Shown: positions 19,644 through 29,808 of the stretch, piece after piece
Layout of the letters: each line of letters starts with the position of its first letter
How positions within the stretch are numbered: position 1 is the stretch's first letter
NCBI GenBank assembly: GCA_022450705.1
Contig: JAKUPP010000003.1
Span: 1-49,829 of the forward strand
Length of the DNA stretch: 49,829 nucleotides
From: Alphaproteobacteria bacterium
Lineage (GTDB): Bacteria > Pseudomonadota > Alphaproteobacteria > GCA-002720895
Direction: 5' to 3'
Translations under genes and position numbers: made by a program
The notes under the pieces: generated by a model
Told to the model about the DNA's origin: nothing
What the model saw: only the letters and a program-made list of their open reading frames with translations
The model's database searches: none

Positions 19644-20483
19644 CTATCTTTTATTTAGTTCCTGCCATATTTGTTTTGCTTGAAAAGCTTCTTTGACATC
19701 ATGTACTCTAATAATATCTACACCTTGGTCTAATGCATATTGATTAGCTGCGATTGTTCCAGGAATTCTCTCAATTGGTTTCTCTTTCTTGCTTAATTCT
19801 GAAATAAATCTTTTTCTAGAAAGTCCTATTAAAATATTACATTTTAATTTATGGAATATCTTTAAATTCTGTAAAATTTGTAAATTATGTCTGCTTGTTT
19901 TACCAAAACCTATGCCTGGATCAACAATAATCCTATTTCTTTTTATACCTTGTTTCTCACATTTTATAATTTGTTTTTTTAAAAAAGAATATATATCTCT
20001 TGGAGCAAAATTATATTTAGGTTTTTTTTGCATTGTTTGAGGTGTTCCTTGCATATGCATCAAAATTATTAGACATTTAGAATTTTTAATTACATTAATA
20101 CTATTTGGATCGTGGTTTAGTGCAGAAACATCGTTAATAATTTTTATACCATTATCTAGAGCAAACTTCATAGTTAAAGAGTTTCTGGTATCAATAGAAA
20201 TATTTAATTTTTTTTTTTTTAAACCAAGAATAATAGGTTTTAATCTTTTAATTTCTAATTCTGGTTTTACAGATTTAGCTCCTGGCCTTGTTGATTCAGC
20301 GCCAATATCAATAATATCAGCTCCCATTTTTTGCATTCTTATTGCATTCTGAATTGCTATTTTTGGTTTTGAAAAATATTTTCCCCCGTCTGAAAAACTA
20401 TCAGGAGTAATATTTAATATTCCCATTATAGCTGGAGTTTTAAAACCTAAATATGGTTTTTTTAAAAATTTCGAGGAACTCAT
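19644..20483 (-). CDS. folP: dihydropteroate synthase
   Basis: GILNITPDSFSDGG, DIGAESTRPG and IIRVHDV. Confidence 0.93.
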   Translation of the reverse strand: MSSSKFLKKPYLGFKTPAIMGILNITPDSFSDGGKYFSKPKIAIQNAIRMQKMGADIIDIGAESTRPGAKSVKPELEIKRLKPIILGLKKKKLNISIDTRNSLTMKFALDNGIKIINDVSALNHDPNSINVIKNSKCLIILMHMQGTPQTMQKKPKYNFAPRDIYSFLKKQIIKCEKQGIKRNRIIVDPGIGFGKTSRHNLQILQNLKIFHKLKCNILIGLSRKRFISELSKKEKPIERIPGTIAANQYALDQGVDIIRVHDVKEAFQAKQIWQELNKR

Positions 20484-20490
20484 TTGCTAA

Positions 20491-22413
20491 TTAGTTGTTT
20501 TCCAATTGTGGTTCTGAAACGCCTATTCCTTTCTTCTTTTTTTCTACAGTAGGAACAGGTGTAAGTTGTTTGTTTTTATTTGTTTTATTTTTTGCAACAA
20601 ATTTTTTAATTTTTTTACCTTTTATAACATCTTTAATTTCTTCACCAGTTAATGTCTCATATTTCAACAAACCTTTGGCCAACTTATGCAATTGATTAAT
20701 ATTTTTTTTTATTATTGAATGAGCTTTTTTATATGCTTCATCTACAATTTTTCTAACTTCTTTGTCAATTTCTTGAGCTGTGCTTTCAGATATATTCTTT
20801 TTTTGTGTTACTGAATGACCTAAAAAAACTTCTTGTTCGTTCTCTCCATATGCTAAAGGTCCTAATTTATCACTCATCCCCCACTCTGTTACCATTTTTC
20901 TTGCAATATTTGTAGCCATACTAATATCAGATGACGCTCCTGTGGTAATTTTAGATGGGCCAAAAATAATTTCCTCAGCAATTCTGCCTCCCATTGCAAC
21001 AGCTAAATCGGCTTTTAATTTTATTTTAGATACTGAAATCCTATCACTTTCTGGCAAGCGCATGACCATACCTAATGCTCTTCCTCTCGGTATAATGGTC
21101 GCTTTATGAACTGGATCTGATTCTTTAGAATGAACTGCAACAATTGCGTGGCCTGCTTCATGATAAGCGGTTAATTTTTTTTCATCATCTTTCATAACCA
21201 TTGATTTTCTTTCTATACCCATTAAAACTTTATCTTTAGCATCCTCCATCTCATCCATAGTAACAAATCTTTTATTTCTTCTTGCTGCTAATAAAGCGCC
21301 TTCATTTACAAGATTTGCCAAATCAGCGCCTGAAAAACCTGGCGTTCCTCTAGCAATAATCTTAGGTTTAACATTTGGGGCAAGTGGTACCTTTCTTAAA
21401 TGAACTTTTAGAATTTTTTCTCTACCTAGTATATCAGGATTTGGAACGACTACTTGTCTATCAAATCTACCAGGTCTAAGTAAGGCAGGATCTAGCACGT
21501 CTGGTCTGTTGGTTGCAGCAACTATAATTACACCTTCGTTACTTTCAAAACCATCCATTTCAACTAATAATTGGTTCAATGTTTGTTCTCTTTCATCGTT
21601 GCCACCACCAAGGCCTGCTCCTCTATGTCTACCAACAGCATCAATTTCATCAATAAATATGATGCATGGAGCATTCTTTTTACCCTGTTCAAACATATCT
21701 CTTACTCTTGAAGCTCCAACGCCTACAAACATTTCTACAAAATCAGATCCTGATATAGTAAAAAATGGAACGCCTGCTTCGCCAGCTACAGCCCTACCCA
21801 AAAGAGTCTTACCGCATCCAGGCGGTCCAATTAACAAAACTCCTTTTGGTATTTTGCCGCCTAATCTTTGAAATTTTGATGGATCTCTCAAAAATTCAAC
21901 TACTTCTTGTAACTCGTTTTTTGATTCATCTATTCCAGCGACATCCTTGAAAGTAATCTTTCCAGTTTTTTCGTTTAGCATTTTAGCTTTAGATCTGCCA
22001 AAACCAAGTGCCTTACCGCTTCCTGATTGCATTTGGCGCATAAAAAATAACCATACACCAATTAATAAAAGCATTGGAAACCATGATAAAATAATATGTA
22101 AAAAAGAAGAACCTTTACTGTTATACGGTTCAACATTAATTTTTACATTTTTATTTGATAACTTTTCAATTAAATTAGGGTCATACGGGGTATATGTTTT
22201 AAATCTTTTTCCGTCTGCTAAATTTCCGTTTATTAAATCGCCTTTAATATTAACATCAAGGACATTATCCTTTTCTACTTCGTTTAAAAAATCAGAAAAA
22301 GCTATATCTTGTACAATTCTATTTTCATCTGTTTTAGTAAAAAAATTATAAAAAGACGATAAAATAAAACCTATAATTAACCAGATTAAGAAATTTTTTT
22401 TTAATTTTTTCAT
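20491..22413 (-). CDS. ftsH: ATP-dependent zinc metalloprotease FtsH
   Basis: Two N-terminal TM helices, Walker A GPPGCGKT, Walker [10 protein letters not shown], an SRH region and the HEAGH zinc site. Confidence 0.98.
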   Translation of the reverse strand: MKKLKKNFLIWLIIGFILSSFYNFFTKTDENRIVQDIAFSDFLNEVEKDNVLDVNIKGDLINGNLADGKRFKTYTPYDPNLIEKLSNKNVKINVEPYNSKGSSFLHIILSWFPMLLLIGVWLFFMRQMQSGSGKALGFGRSKAKMLNEKTGKITFKDVAGIDESKNELQEVVEFLRDPSKFQRLGGKIPKGVLLIGPPGCGKTLLGRAVAGEAGVPFFTISGSDFVEMFVGVGASRVRDMFEQGKKNAPCIIFIDEIDAVGRHRGAGLGGGNDEREQTLNQLLVEMDGFESNEGVIIVAATNRPDVLDPALLRPGRFDRQVVVPNPDILGREKILKVHLRKVPLAPNVKPKIIARGTPGFSGADLANLVNEGALLAARRNKRFVTMDEMEDAKDKVLMGIERKSMVMKDDEKKLTAYHEAGHAIVAVHSKESDPVHKATIIPRGRALGMVMRLPESDRISVSKIKLKADLAVAMGGRIAEEIIFGPSKITTGASSDISMATNIARKMVTEWGMSDKLGPLAYGENEQEVFLGHSVTQKKNISESTAQEIDKEVRKIVDEAYKKAHSIIKKNINQLHKLAKGLLKYETLTGEEIKDVIKGKKIKKFVAKNKTNKNKQLTPVPTVEKKKKGIGVSEPQLENN

Positions 22414-22458
22414 TATATATATATTTAATATTTTTTTTTCTTACGACAATATCAAACC

Positions 22459-23790
22459 TTAATAAATATTTGATAAAGTTAAACGCGGTTTAAAAAGAAA
22501 ATTCATATTCGAATACTCCCTTTTACTCCTTATATTCGAATAATACTGTAAATGAGGCACATATAAAACATCATTTTTTTTATTTTTTACCGCTGGCAAA
22601 GATAGAATTATTTTATTAGGAATCGTAATTTCTCTCTTAAATTTCTCATTTTTTAATGAAATCTCGTTCCAACCTTCTTTTTGCAATTGCTCGATAAAAA
22701 CTGACTTTCCAAGTTTTCTTTTTAAAAAGATTTCTTTTTTATCGTCGATCTCAAATCTGTTATCCCAAATAATTTTGTTGAATTTAAAATTTATTTCTTG
22801 TCTTCTGGTTTTTTTAAAAACTTCTCTACAAATACACATTTTTTTTTTAAAAAAAAATATATGACATCCTCCCAAGTTAGTTTTATTTACAATCTCATTG
22901 GATTTGATTTTTTTATAAAAATTATAGACATATTTTGATTTTGGCCCATAAAAAGAACCTGAAATAATATTAAGTAATTTAGAGAAAATAAATATAAAAT
23001 TATCTTTATCCAATAATTTCAAACTTTTAAAATTCACTGCCGCATAACCCAAAGTATGAATCTTAACATTCTTAATTAACCAAGTAGAAAATTTATTTTC
23101 TATTTTTTTTCTTTCTTTTTGCGCTCTTTTTAAGATTTTTTTAAAACTACTATCTGTTAATCCTTTTTCCTCTAACTTTGGCAAAATTTTTCTTAATCTA
23201 TTTCTAGAATATTTTAAAGAATTATTTGATGGATCTTCAATCCAATTTACTTTTTTTTCTTTCAAATAATCAATAATAACTTTCTTTTTTAAATCTAATA
23301 AAGGTCTTAGAATTTTAATTTCTTTCTTTAATAAGACTTTTGGCATACACGCTAAACCGTATATATTGCTATTACTATTTAATCTCATAATAAAAGTTTC
23401 TTTTTGATCCTCAAAGTGATGTGCGACTAACAAATATTTAATATTTTTTTTATAACACCATTCCTCAAAAATATTATATCTGAATTCACGTGCTTTCTCT
23501 TGTAAGCCGTTTTTTGGTTTTTTTGATAAATCCCATTTAAAAGATTTGCTAAAAATTTTTTGTTTTTTTAAAGTATTTTGTGTTTTTTTAGACTCTTGAT
23601 TGCTAGTTTTTCTAAGAGAATGATCAACGATAAGCGCTGTTATTCTCCCTCCTTTCATGTCTACCCATTTCTTAGCTAAAATAGCCAGGCACAAACTATC
23701 GCATCCTCCTGAAACAGCTACAGCTAAGTGAGGATTCTTCTCATACGGTCCTAGTGAGTTCATGGTCTTAAAAAAGACTTTTTCAATCAT
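22459..23790 (-). CDS. tilS: tRNA(Ile)-lysidine synthase
   Basis: PP-loop VAVSGGCDS. It occupies the conserved position between cpoB and ftsH. Confidence 0.88.
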   Translation of the reverse strand: MIEKVFFKTMNSLGPYEKNPHLAVAVSGGCDSLCLAILAKKWVDMKGGRITALIVDHSLRKTSNQESKKTQNTLKKQKIFSKSFKWDLSKKPKNGLQEKAREFRYNIFEEWCYKKNIKYLLVAHHFEDQKETFIMRLNSNSNIYGLACMPKVLLKKEIKILRPLLDLKKKVIIDYLKEKKVNWIEDPSNNSLKYSRNRLRKILPKLEEKGLTDSSFKKILKRAQKERKKIENKFSTWLIKNVKIHTLGYAAVNFKSLKLLDKDNFIFIFSKLLNIISGSFYGPKSKYVYNFYKKIKSNEIVNKTNLGGCHIFFFKKKMCICREVFKKTRRQEINFKFNKIIWDNRFEIDDKKEIFLKRKLGKSVFIEQLQKEGWNEISLKNEKFKREITIPNKIILSLPAVKNKKNDVLYVPHLQYYSNIRSKREYSNMNFLFKPRLTLSNIY

Positions 23791-23797
23791 GTTAAAA

Positions 23798-24715
23798 TTA
23801 ACAATTGTTTTCTTGAATTAAAAAATTTGTTTTTTTTAAAATGTCTCTTTCAGAATCAGGATATTGTTTTAAAATATTTTTCAAAGCATCGCAAGACTCT
23901 TTTTTTTTATCTAAATTAGAAAAAGAAATTCCTATTTTTAATAAACTTGCTGGAGCTTTTTCGTGTTTTTTATGATTTTTAATTATTTCACCATAAGCTA
24001 GAACTGCTTCGGGATACTTTTCTCTTACAAATAATGACTCTCCTAGCCAATAATAAGCGCTGGGGGTATTTACATCTTTTGGATATTTTTCCACAAAACC
24101 TCTAAAAGCATTTTCTGCATCTGAATAATTTAAATTTTGTAACGAATCTTTCCCGTAACTAAATAAACTATCTGGTGTTTGAAAATTTCTTGCTATTTCT
24201 ATGGCTACATCTTCAGATTTTTGTTCTTTAATAGTTCCTAAAATTTCTGTATCACCTCCTGAAGTATTTACATCAGATGTGTTTTTTGGATATGCATATG
24301 TATCTTTTTCATCAGATCTATCTCTTGCGCCTACAGGTAGTCCTCCTGAGGAGGTATTATTTTTTGTTGATAATCTAAAATCGACATCAGAACTAATTGT
24401 ATCTAATTTGGCTTGCAGTTGATCTAATCTGAAAAAGATTTCTTCAAACTGTCCGTTCATTTTTGCAAAATCATTTTCAAGTTTATTTACTCTTCTTTGA
24501 TATTTTGGAGGCAAAGGTTTTTTATCCTCTTTTACTAATGTATTGCCTTCAGGAGCATACAAAGATTTTTGTATATCAGATAATTCTTGTTCTAAACGAT
24601 TTAATTTCTCAGCTAGCAAATTATAATCAAATTCATCTACTGCATTTGAATTGAATGTTATTAAAAAAAATAAAATGAAAACGTAGTTAAAAATCTTAGA
24701 TTTAATATTAAACAT
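23798..24715 (-). CDS. cpoB: Tol-Pal system protein CpoB/YbgF
   Basis: Signal peptide, N-terminal coiled coil and C-terminal TPR region (YYWLGESLFVREKYPEAVLAYGEII). It lies immediately after pal. Confidence 0.85.
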   Translation of the reverse strand: MFNIKSKIFNYVFILFFLITFNSNAVDEFDYNLLAEKLNRLEQELSDIQKSLYAPEGNTLVKEDKKPLPPKYQRRVNKLENDFAKMNGQFEEIFFRLDQLQAKLDTISSDVDFRLSTKNNTSSGGLPVGARDRSDEKDTYAYPKNTSDVNTSGGDTEILGTIKEQKSEDVAIEIARNFQTPDSLFSYGKDSLQNLNYSDAENAFRGFVEKYPKDVNTPSAYYWLGESLFVREKYPEAVLAYGEIIKNHKKHEKAPASLLKIGISFSNLDKKKESCDALKNILKQYPDSERDILKKTNFLIQENNC

Positions 24716-24796
24716 TTTTTGTATAACTAAATTTTATAAAACTTAGTTCTATAAATATTTAAGATTACTATAAAATCAAGAGAAGAGAAGAATAAT

Positions 24797-25270
24797 TTAT
24801 CTATCTACGTCTAATGTTGTAACAGATCTTCTATTTAATGTCCAAGAATCTTCAAACGATCCCTCTTTGTCTGGTCTTTCTTTTCCATATGAAACAGTGT
24901 TTAATCTGCCTTCAGCAATACCCATTGATGTTAGATATTCTCTAACTGAATTTGCTCTTCTTTCACCTAATGCTAAATTATACTCACGAGTACCTCTTTC
25001 ATCGCAGTGCCCTTCAATAAGGATAAATTTGTCTGGGTTTTGATCCATCCAAGTAACTTGCATATCCAATGTGCTCTCTGCCATTGAAGTAAGTAAATAT
25101 GAGTCATAATCAAAATAGATTTTTGCAGGAACTGTTCCATCTTTATCAAGATAGGACATTCCGCCTTTTTCATAAAGACCTGTTGATGTATCTTCCATCC
25201 CGCCTGTGCTAGTGCAACTATATAAGAAGACTGTTAAAAGAAGTATTGTGATAGATCTAAAATTAAACAT
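24797..25270 (-). CDS. pal: peptidoglycan-associated lipoprotein Pal
   Basis: Lipobox FLYSC and OmpA-like domain IEGHCDERGTREYNLALGERRANSV. I prefer the start at MFNFRS (25270) over the track start at 25288. Confidence 0.93.
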   Translation of the reverse strand: MFNFRSITILLLTVFLYSCTSTGGMEDTSTGLYEKGGMSYLDKDGTVPAKIYFDYDSYLLTSMAESTLDMQVTWMDQNPDKFILIEGHCDERGTREYNLALGERRANSVREYLTSMGIAEGRLNTVSYGKERPDKEGSFEDSWTLNRRSVTTLDVDR

Positions 25271-25355
25271 TTCTATAAAACCATACATATAAATTATTAT
25301 TTAAGATAATTATATTAATCGATGTTTTAGATACAAGTGTTTTTTATCTTTTTTT

Positions 25356-26678
25356 TCAATCTAACAAAGGAGACCAAGCAGGATCAGATGCTTCTAAAGG
25401 TGTAATAATTTCTTTCTCATGAAAACCTGTTAAATCAATTAAAAATATTCTTGTTTTTCCTTCTTTTCTTTTTGCTGGGTAATCTTTCTTAGTATATGCA
25501 ATCATCCTACCATTAGGGGTCCATGTAGGGCCTTCTACTAGAAAGCCTTTGGAAATAACTCTTTCACCTTTACCATCAGGTGTCATTACACCAATATAAA
25601 AAGTCTTATTAAAAAACTTAGTAAAAGCAATATAATCGCCTCTTGGAGACCAAACTGGTGTTGAATAATTTCCTTTTCCAAAACTAATTCTTTTTATTTT
25701 CTTCCCATTACTATTCATAACATAAATTTGTGGAGATCCTCCTCTATCGGAATTAAAAGCAATTTTTTTTCCATTTGGTGCATATGATGGTGAAGTGTCA
25801 ATGCCTCTATAGGTCGTTAATTGCTTCCTTATATTAGTCTTAAGATTGTAAGAATAAATATCAGAATTGCCTTCACTTGCTAGAGACATTATTACCTGGT
25901 CTCCAAATGGTGAGAAACGAGGTGCAAAAGTCATACCAGGAAAATCGCCTACTATTTCTTGCTTACCAGTTTCTATATCTAATAAATAAACTCGTGGAAT
26001 TCTTCCGATATATGATAAGTAAGTTAATTCTTGCTGGGATGGAGAAAAGCGAGGCGTAAGAACTAAGTTTGTACCATTAGTTAAAAACCGATGATTTGCA
26101 CCATCTTGATCCATAATCGCTAATCTTTTAATTCTTTTTTTTGCTGGTCCACTTTCTGCAATATATGCAATTCTTGTATCAAAATACCCAATTTCACCGG
26201 TCAATCTTTCATAAACTTTATCCGCTATGCGATGAGAAATTTGTCTCCAATTACTCCTAGCAGTATTAAATGCCCACCCGGCCATCTGCTGTTCTGCGAA
26301 AACATCCCAGAGTCTAAATTCAATTCTAATGTTACCATTTGTTTCTAATATAGTAGATCCAACAATGAGTGCTTGGGCATTTATAATTTTCCAGTCAGCA
26401 AATTTAGGCATGACATTTGGGCTTGAAATTTTTTGGATATAAGCTTTTGGGTCTATAACTTTGAATAGGCCGCTGTTATTTAAATCAGCAATTACTAACT
26501 TTGTAATTTGTTTTGCTACATCTTTTTCTTCTTCAGTAAACCCTATAAAATCATTGATACCGATAGGCGTAGGCTCTGTGTACCCTGATGTTATATCAAT
26601 CTTTAATTCTGCATTTGCATTAACAATGTAAACAAAGAAAATTAAGAATGAAAAAAATATCTTTTTTATATTTTTCAA
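25356..26678 (-). CDS. tolB: Tol-Pal system beta-propeller protein TolB
   Basis: Signal peptide, an N-terminal TolB domain and repeated P.(F/W)SP.G..IAF propeller blades. Confidence 0.95.
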   Translation of the reverse strand: MKNIKKIFFSFLIFFVYIVNANAELKIDITSGYTEPTPIGINDFIGFTEEEKDVAKQITKLVIADLNNSGLFKVIDPKAYIQKISSPNVMPKFADWKIINAQALIVGSTILETNGNIRIEFRLWDVFAEQQMAGWAFNTARSNWRQISHRIADKVYERLTGEIGYFDTRIAYIAESGPAKKRIKRLAIMDQDGANHRFLTNGTNLVLTPRFSPSQQELTYLSYIGRIPRVYLLDIETGKQEIVGDFPGMTFAPRFSPFGDQVIMSLASEGNSDIYSYNLKTNIRKQLTTYRGIDTSPSYAPNGKKIAFNSDRGGSPQIYVMNSNGKKIKRISFGKGNYSTPVWSPRGDYIAFTKFFNKTFYIGVMTPDGKGERVISKGFLVEGPTWTPNGRMIAYTKKDYPAKRKEGKTRIFLIDLTGFHEKEIITPLEASDPAWSPLLD

Positions 26679-26695
26679 TTTAAAAAAAAAAAAAG

Positions 26696-27526
26696 TTAAT
26701 AACCAATTATACTTTTTGGATCAAAATTTAAAGTTAAATTTTTCCATTTATCAAATTTATCTTTTGGTAATGGTGCATTTTTACATCTAGGGTTTAAAAC
26801 TGCCCTAAGAGCGCTTTCTGCAGCTGTTCTAAAATATCTATCTCTTTTCATTCGTCCAACGTTTGCTATTCTTGCATCAAGAACATTACCTTCTTTATTA
26901 AATCTAACTTTAATTTCTGTAGCTAAATTTCCTACTTCTCTAGCACCTGAAGGAATATTCCAACATTTTTCAAAATGTCTTCTAACAGCATCAACTTCGC
27001 TAATTGACAAATTCATTCCTAGTTTTGTAGGGGTTACTTTTTCATCGGTTTCATTTTTTTCTTTATCTTTTTTTTTTTTATCACTAAAATCTTTTTTTAC
27101 TTGCTCAATAGATTTTAAAACACTTTGTAATTGATTAGGTTTCTTTTTCAATTCCTTTAATTTAACGATCTTTTTTTTTTTTATTTGAACCAATTCTTTC
27201 GTTTCTTCAATTACTTCCGTAGTATCAGGCACTTTAGTTTGGTTATTATATTTAATATTTTCTTGATTTGCATAATTTGTTTTGTTTTTTGAAGTATCTG
27301 GAGTTTTTTTAAAATTAATTTTTGGTGCTGTAGTTTTATCTGAAATATTTATTATTTCTACTGGTAAAGGAGGTAAAAAATCTGATCTATATCTAAAAAG
27401 ATTTGGCAAACCGTAATATATCAACATTACTATAAGTAAATGAAGACCTGCCGATTGTAAAAGATAATTCTTTTTTTCTAAGATTTCTCTTTTAAGTGGA
27501 AGAAAAATTAAATTATTTATTATCAT
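26696..27526 (-). CDS. tolA: TolA-like protein (TM anchor, K/E-rich linker, TolA/TonB-type C-terminal domain)
   Basis: The architecture fits, and the gene sits between tolR and tolB, overlapping tolR by 4 nt. Confidence 0.75.
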   Translation of the reverse strand: MIINNLIFLPLKREILEKKNYLLQSAGLHLLIVMLIYYGLPNLFRYRSDFLPPLPVEIINISDKTTAPKINFKKTPDTSKNKTNYANQENIKYNNQTKVPDTTEVIEETKELVQIKKKKIVKLKELKKKPNQLQSVLKSIEQVKKDFSDKKKKDKEKNETDEKVTPTKLGMNLSISEVDAVRRHFEKCWNIPSGAREVGNLATEIKVRFNKEGNVLDARIANVGRMKRDRYFRTAAESALRAVLNPRCKNAPLPKDKFDKWKNLTLNFDPKSIIGY

Positions 27527-27978
27527 TTATTTTTTTCTATTTCAAAGTCTGTAACTAGTGCAATCTTATTAAAGCCTGCTGAAGTAATTACTGCCATTAC
27601 TTCCACTACTTTTCCATATGACAAAACCTCATCAGCTCTAATAAAAATTTTTCTATCATTTCGATTTTTTGAAATAGAAATTAATTTTGGTATTAATTTT
27701 TCTATACTTATTTCTGTATCTTGGACAAATATTTTTTCTTCTTTGTTAATTGTTATTGATAAAGGAGCTTGATCTTCAGGTAATGCTTTAGCTTTTGTTT
27801 TAGGCAAATTTATTGGAACACCAACAGTTAATAATGGCGCGGTTATCATAAATATTACTAGTAAAACAAGCATAACATCAACCATTGGAGTTACATTTAT
27901 TTGACTAATTGTTTTGTTTCTTTTTAATATTCTTGAAAGTTTTAAACTGCTTATCCTTTGTATTGGTTTGTTCGACAT
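27523..27978 (-). CDS. tolR: TolR (ExbD family)
   Basis: INVTPMVDVMLVLLVIFMI TM segment with the conserved Asp. It is 151 aa. Confidence 0.9.
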   Translation of the reverse strand: MSNKPIQRISSLKLSRILKRNKTISQINVTPMVDVMLVLLVIFMITAPLLTVGVPINLPKTKAKALPEDQAPLSITINKEEKIFVQDTEISIEKLIPKLISISKNRNDRKIFIRADEVLSYGKVVEVMAVITSAGFNKIALVTDFEIEKNK

Positions 27979-27982
27979 TTTT

Positions 27983-28675
27983 TTATTTTGTTACACGGTT
28001 AACAAATTCTTGAGCAAAAGTTTCTAATCTAGTTGAGTAATTATCAAAAACACTTGATAATTTATTGTAAGCTATGACTGCAGGTATAGCTGCAATAAGA
28101 CCTAAGGCTGTTGCAAATAATGCCTCAGCAATTCCAGGTGCTACAACAGCTAAACTAGTATTTTTTGTAATTCCTATTGCTTGAAAACTATTCATAATCC
28201 CCCAAACAGTTCCAAACAATCCAACAAAAGGTGCTGCTGATCCTAATGATGCTAAAAAAATCATATTTTTTTCTAACTTTGTAATTTCATTATTAATAGA
28301 AGAAACCAAAACGTTATTTAATCTATTTTCTATCTTATCTTTAATTTTAGAATTTCTAAGTTTTAACCACTCAATCATTGATTTGTTAAAAATTGCTATC
28401 ATAGGATTATCATTCTTACTTTCCGTTTTAGAATATAAATCTTCCAAAGAAGCTGAGGCCCAAAAAAGATCTTCAAATTTCTTTGTTACATTATTCATTT
28501 TTCTAATCATTTTTATTTTATTTATGATTATTGCCCAACTCCATATTGAGGATACAAAAAGTCCAATCATAACAAACTTAACAATTGGATCTGCTCTAAA
28601 AAATAAAGAAAAAATGGATAAATCATATGCTCCATTTTGAACTAAATTAACAGCGTCTACTGCTTGGTTTTCCAT
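27983..28675 (-). CDS. tolQ: TolQ (MotA/TolQ/ExbB proton channel)
   Basis: Three TM helices, LGSAAPFVGLFGTVWGIMNSF and IAEALFATALGL. Confidence 0.93.
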   Translation of the reverse strand: MENQAVDAVNLVQNGAYDLSIFSLFFRADPIVKFVMIGLFVSSIWSWAIIINKIKMIRKMNNVTKKFEDLFWASASLEDLYSKTESKNDNPMIAIFNKSMIEWLKLRNSKIKDKIENRLNNVLVSSINNEITKLEKNMIFLASLGSAAPFVGLFGTVWGIMNSFQAIGITKNTSLAVVAPGIAEALFATALGLIAAIPAVIAYNKLSSVFDNYSTRLETFAQEFVNRVTK

Positions 28676-28720
28676 AATTTTATTTAACTATTCTAAAATT
28701 ATAACGAAAAAAACAAAGTA

Positions 28721-29029
28721 TTATTTCTTTTTAACTATATCTGACACCTTTTCTAAATCGTCACTATGTACCATTATCCAAAAACCTGGTCTGCCGGATT
28801 CACATAATGCAATAACTGGTACTTTAGATTCTTTTTTTGCCATTTCATTGGTTTCATCCCAAAGAGAAATAGCAGTGTGTTTTTTTCTTAATTTGCATTC
28901 CACAAATAATTCGTTGTGAAGAGAATCAGACCTAGTATGTCTTGAACTGCCTCCGCTTAATGGTGTTCTATTTGTATTAAAATATTTTGCAACTTGTCTT
29001 TCTCTAGCTTTCCATGTTTTATCTGCCAT
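28721..29029 (-). CDS. 102-aa minimal PD-(D/E)XK nuclease-fold protein, Hjc-like (candidate Holliday-junction resolvase)
   Basis: Motif order E10-R11 ... S25-G-G-S28 ... D35 ... hydrophobic strand LFV-E44-C-K46 ... strand VPVIAL. The start is 5 nt after the yebC stop, in the slot normally held by ruvC. Confidence 0.55.
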   Translation of the reverse strand: MADKTWKARERQVAKYFNTNRTPLSGGSSRHTRSDSLHNELFVECKLRKKHTAISLWDETNEMAKKESKVPVIALCESGRPGFWIMVHSDDLEKVSDIVKKK

Positions 29030-29034
29030 TTTTT

Positions 29035-29787
29035 TTATTTATCAAAATCTATTGTATCAAAAACTTCGTTAGAAATATCATAATTTGATGAAATGTTCTG
29101 AACATCCTCATTATCTTCTAACTGATTAATTAAATTAAAAAGTTTTTTTCCATCTTCTTTATTAACATTTACTTTATTAGATGATATCCAAGTTAAAGAA
29201 ACTGAAAAAGGCTCTAATGGTAATTTTGAAATTTTTTCTTTTATATTTATAATTTTTTTTGGATCACAATAAATTGTATAACTATCGCCTTCATTAATAA
29301 CATCGTCAGCACCAGACTCTACAGCCAAATCAAAAATTTTACTTTCTAAATTTTTATCTGATTTATAAATCAACTCCCCTTTTCTCTGAAAACTATGTGA
29401 TACGCCCCCACTTTCTGTTATTGATCCTCCATTTTTTGAAAAAATCTGTCTTATTTCAGATATTGTTCTATTTTTATTATCAGTCATAGTTTCAACTATT
29501 AATGAAGTTCCGCCAGGACCAAAACCCTCATATTTTATTTCTTCAAGACTGCTCGTGTCGGTATCAGAGCCTTTTTTAATTGCTCTTTCTATATTATCTT
29601 TTGGAACATTTGCAGCCTTTGCAGCATCTATAGCTGTTCGTAATCTGTGATTTGAATCTGGATCGCTTCCTCCTTGTTTTGATGCGATTTGTATTTCTCT
29701 TCCTAATTTTGCAAATATTTTAGCTCTTTTTTTGTCTTGAGCTCCTTTTCTAAACATTATATTCTTAAATTTTGAATGACCGGCCAT
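29035..29787 (-). CDS. yebC: YebC/PmpR-family DNA-binding regulator
   Basis: The N-terminus MAGHSKFKNIMFRKGAQDKKRAKIFAKLGREI is diagnostic of the family. Confidence 0.93.
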   Translation of the reverse strand: MAGHSKFKNIMFRKGAQDKKRAKIFAKLGREIQIASKQGGSDPDSNHRLRTAIDAAKAANVPKDNIERAIKKGSDTDTSSLEEIKYEGFGPGGTSLIVETMTDNKNRTISEIRQIFSKNGGSITESGGVSHSFQRKGELIYKSDKNLESKIFDLAVESGADDVINEGDSYTIYCDPKKIINIKEKISKLPLEPFSVSLTWISSNKVNVNKEDGKKLFNLINQLEDNEDVQNISSNYDISNEVFDTIDFDK

Positions 29788-29808
29788 ATTTAAAAATTAA
29801 TTTTTTTT

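Noticed and set aside
21509-22351. Plus-strand ORFs of 120, 61 and 134 aa lying inside ftsH
   Set aside because: These are antisense shadow ORFs of a very well supported gene. Their composition is low-complexity and P/S/L-rich, and they have no SD or independent signals.
24973-25288. A nested 66-aa ORF inside pal and the 6-codon N-terminal extension (MYGFIE) of the pal ORF
   Set aside because: The nested ORF is out of frame within the OmpA-like domain. The lipoprotein signal peptide begins naturally at MFNFRS (25270).
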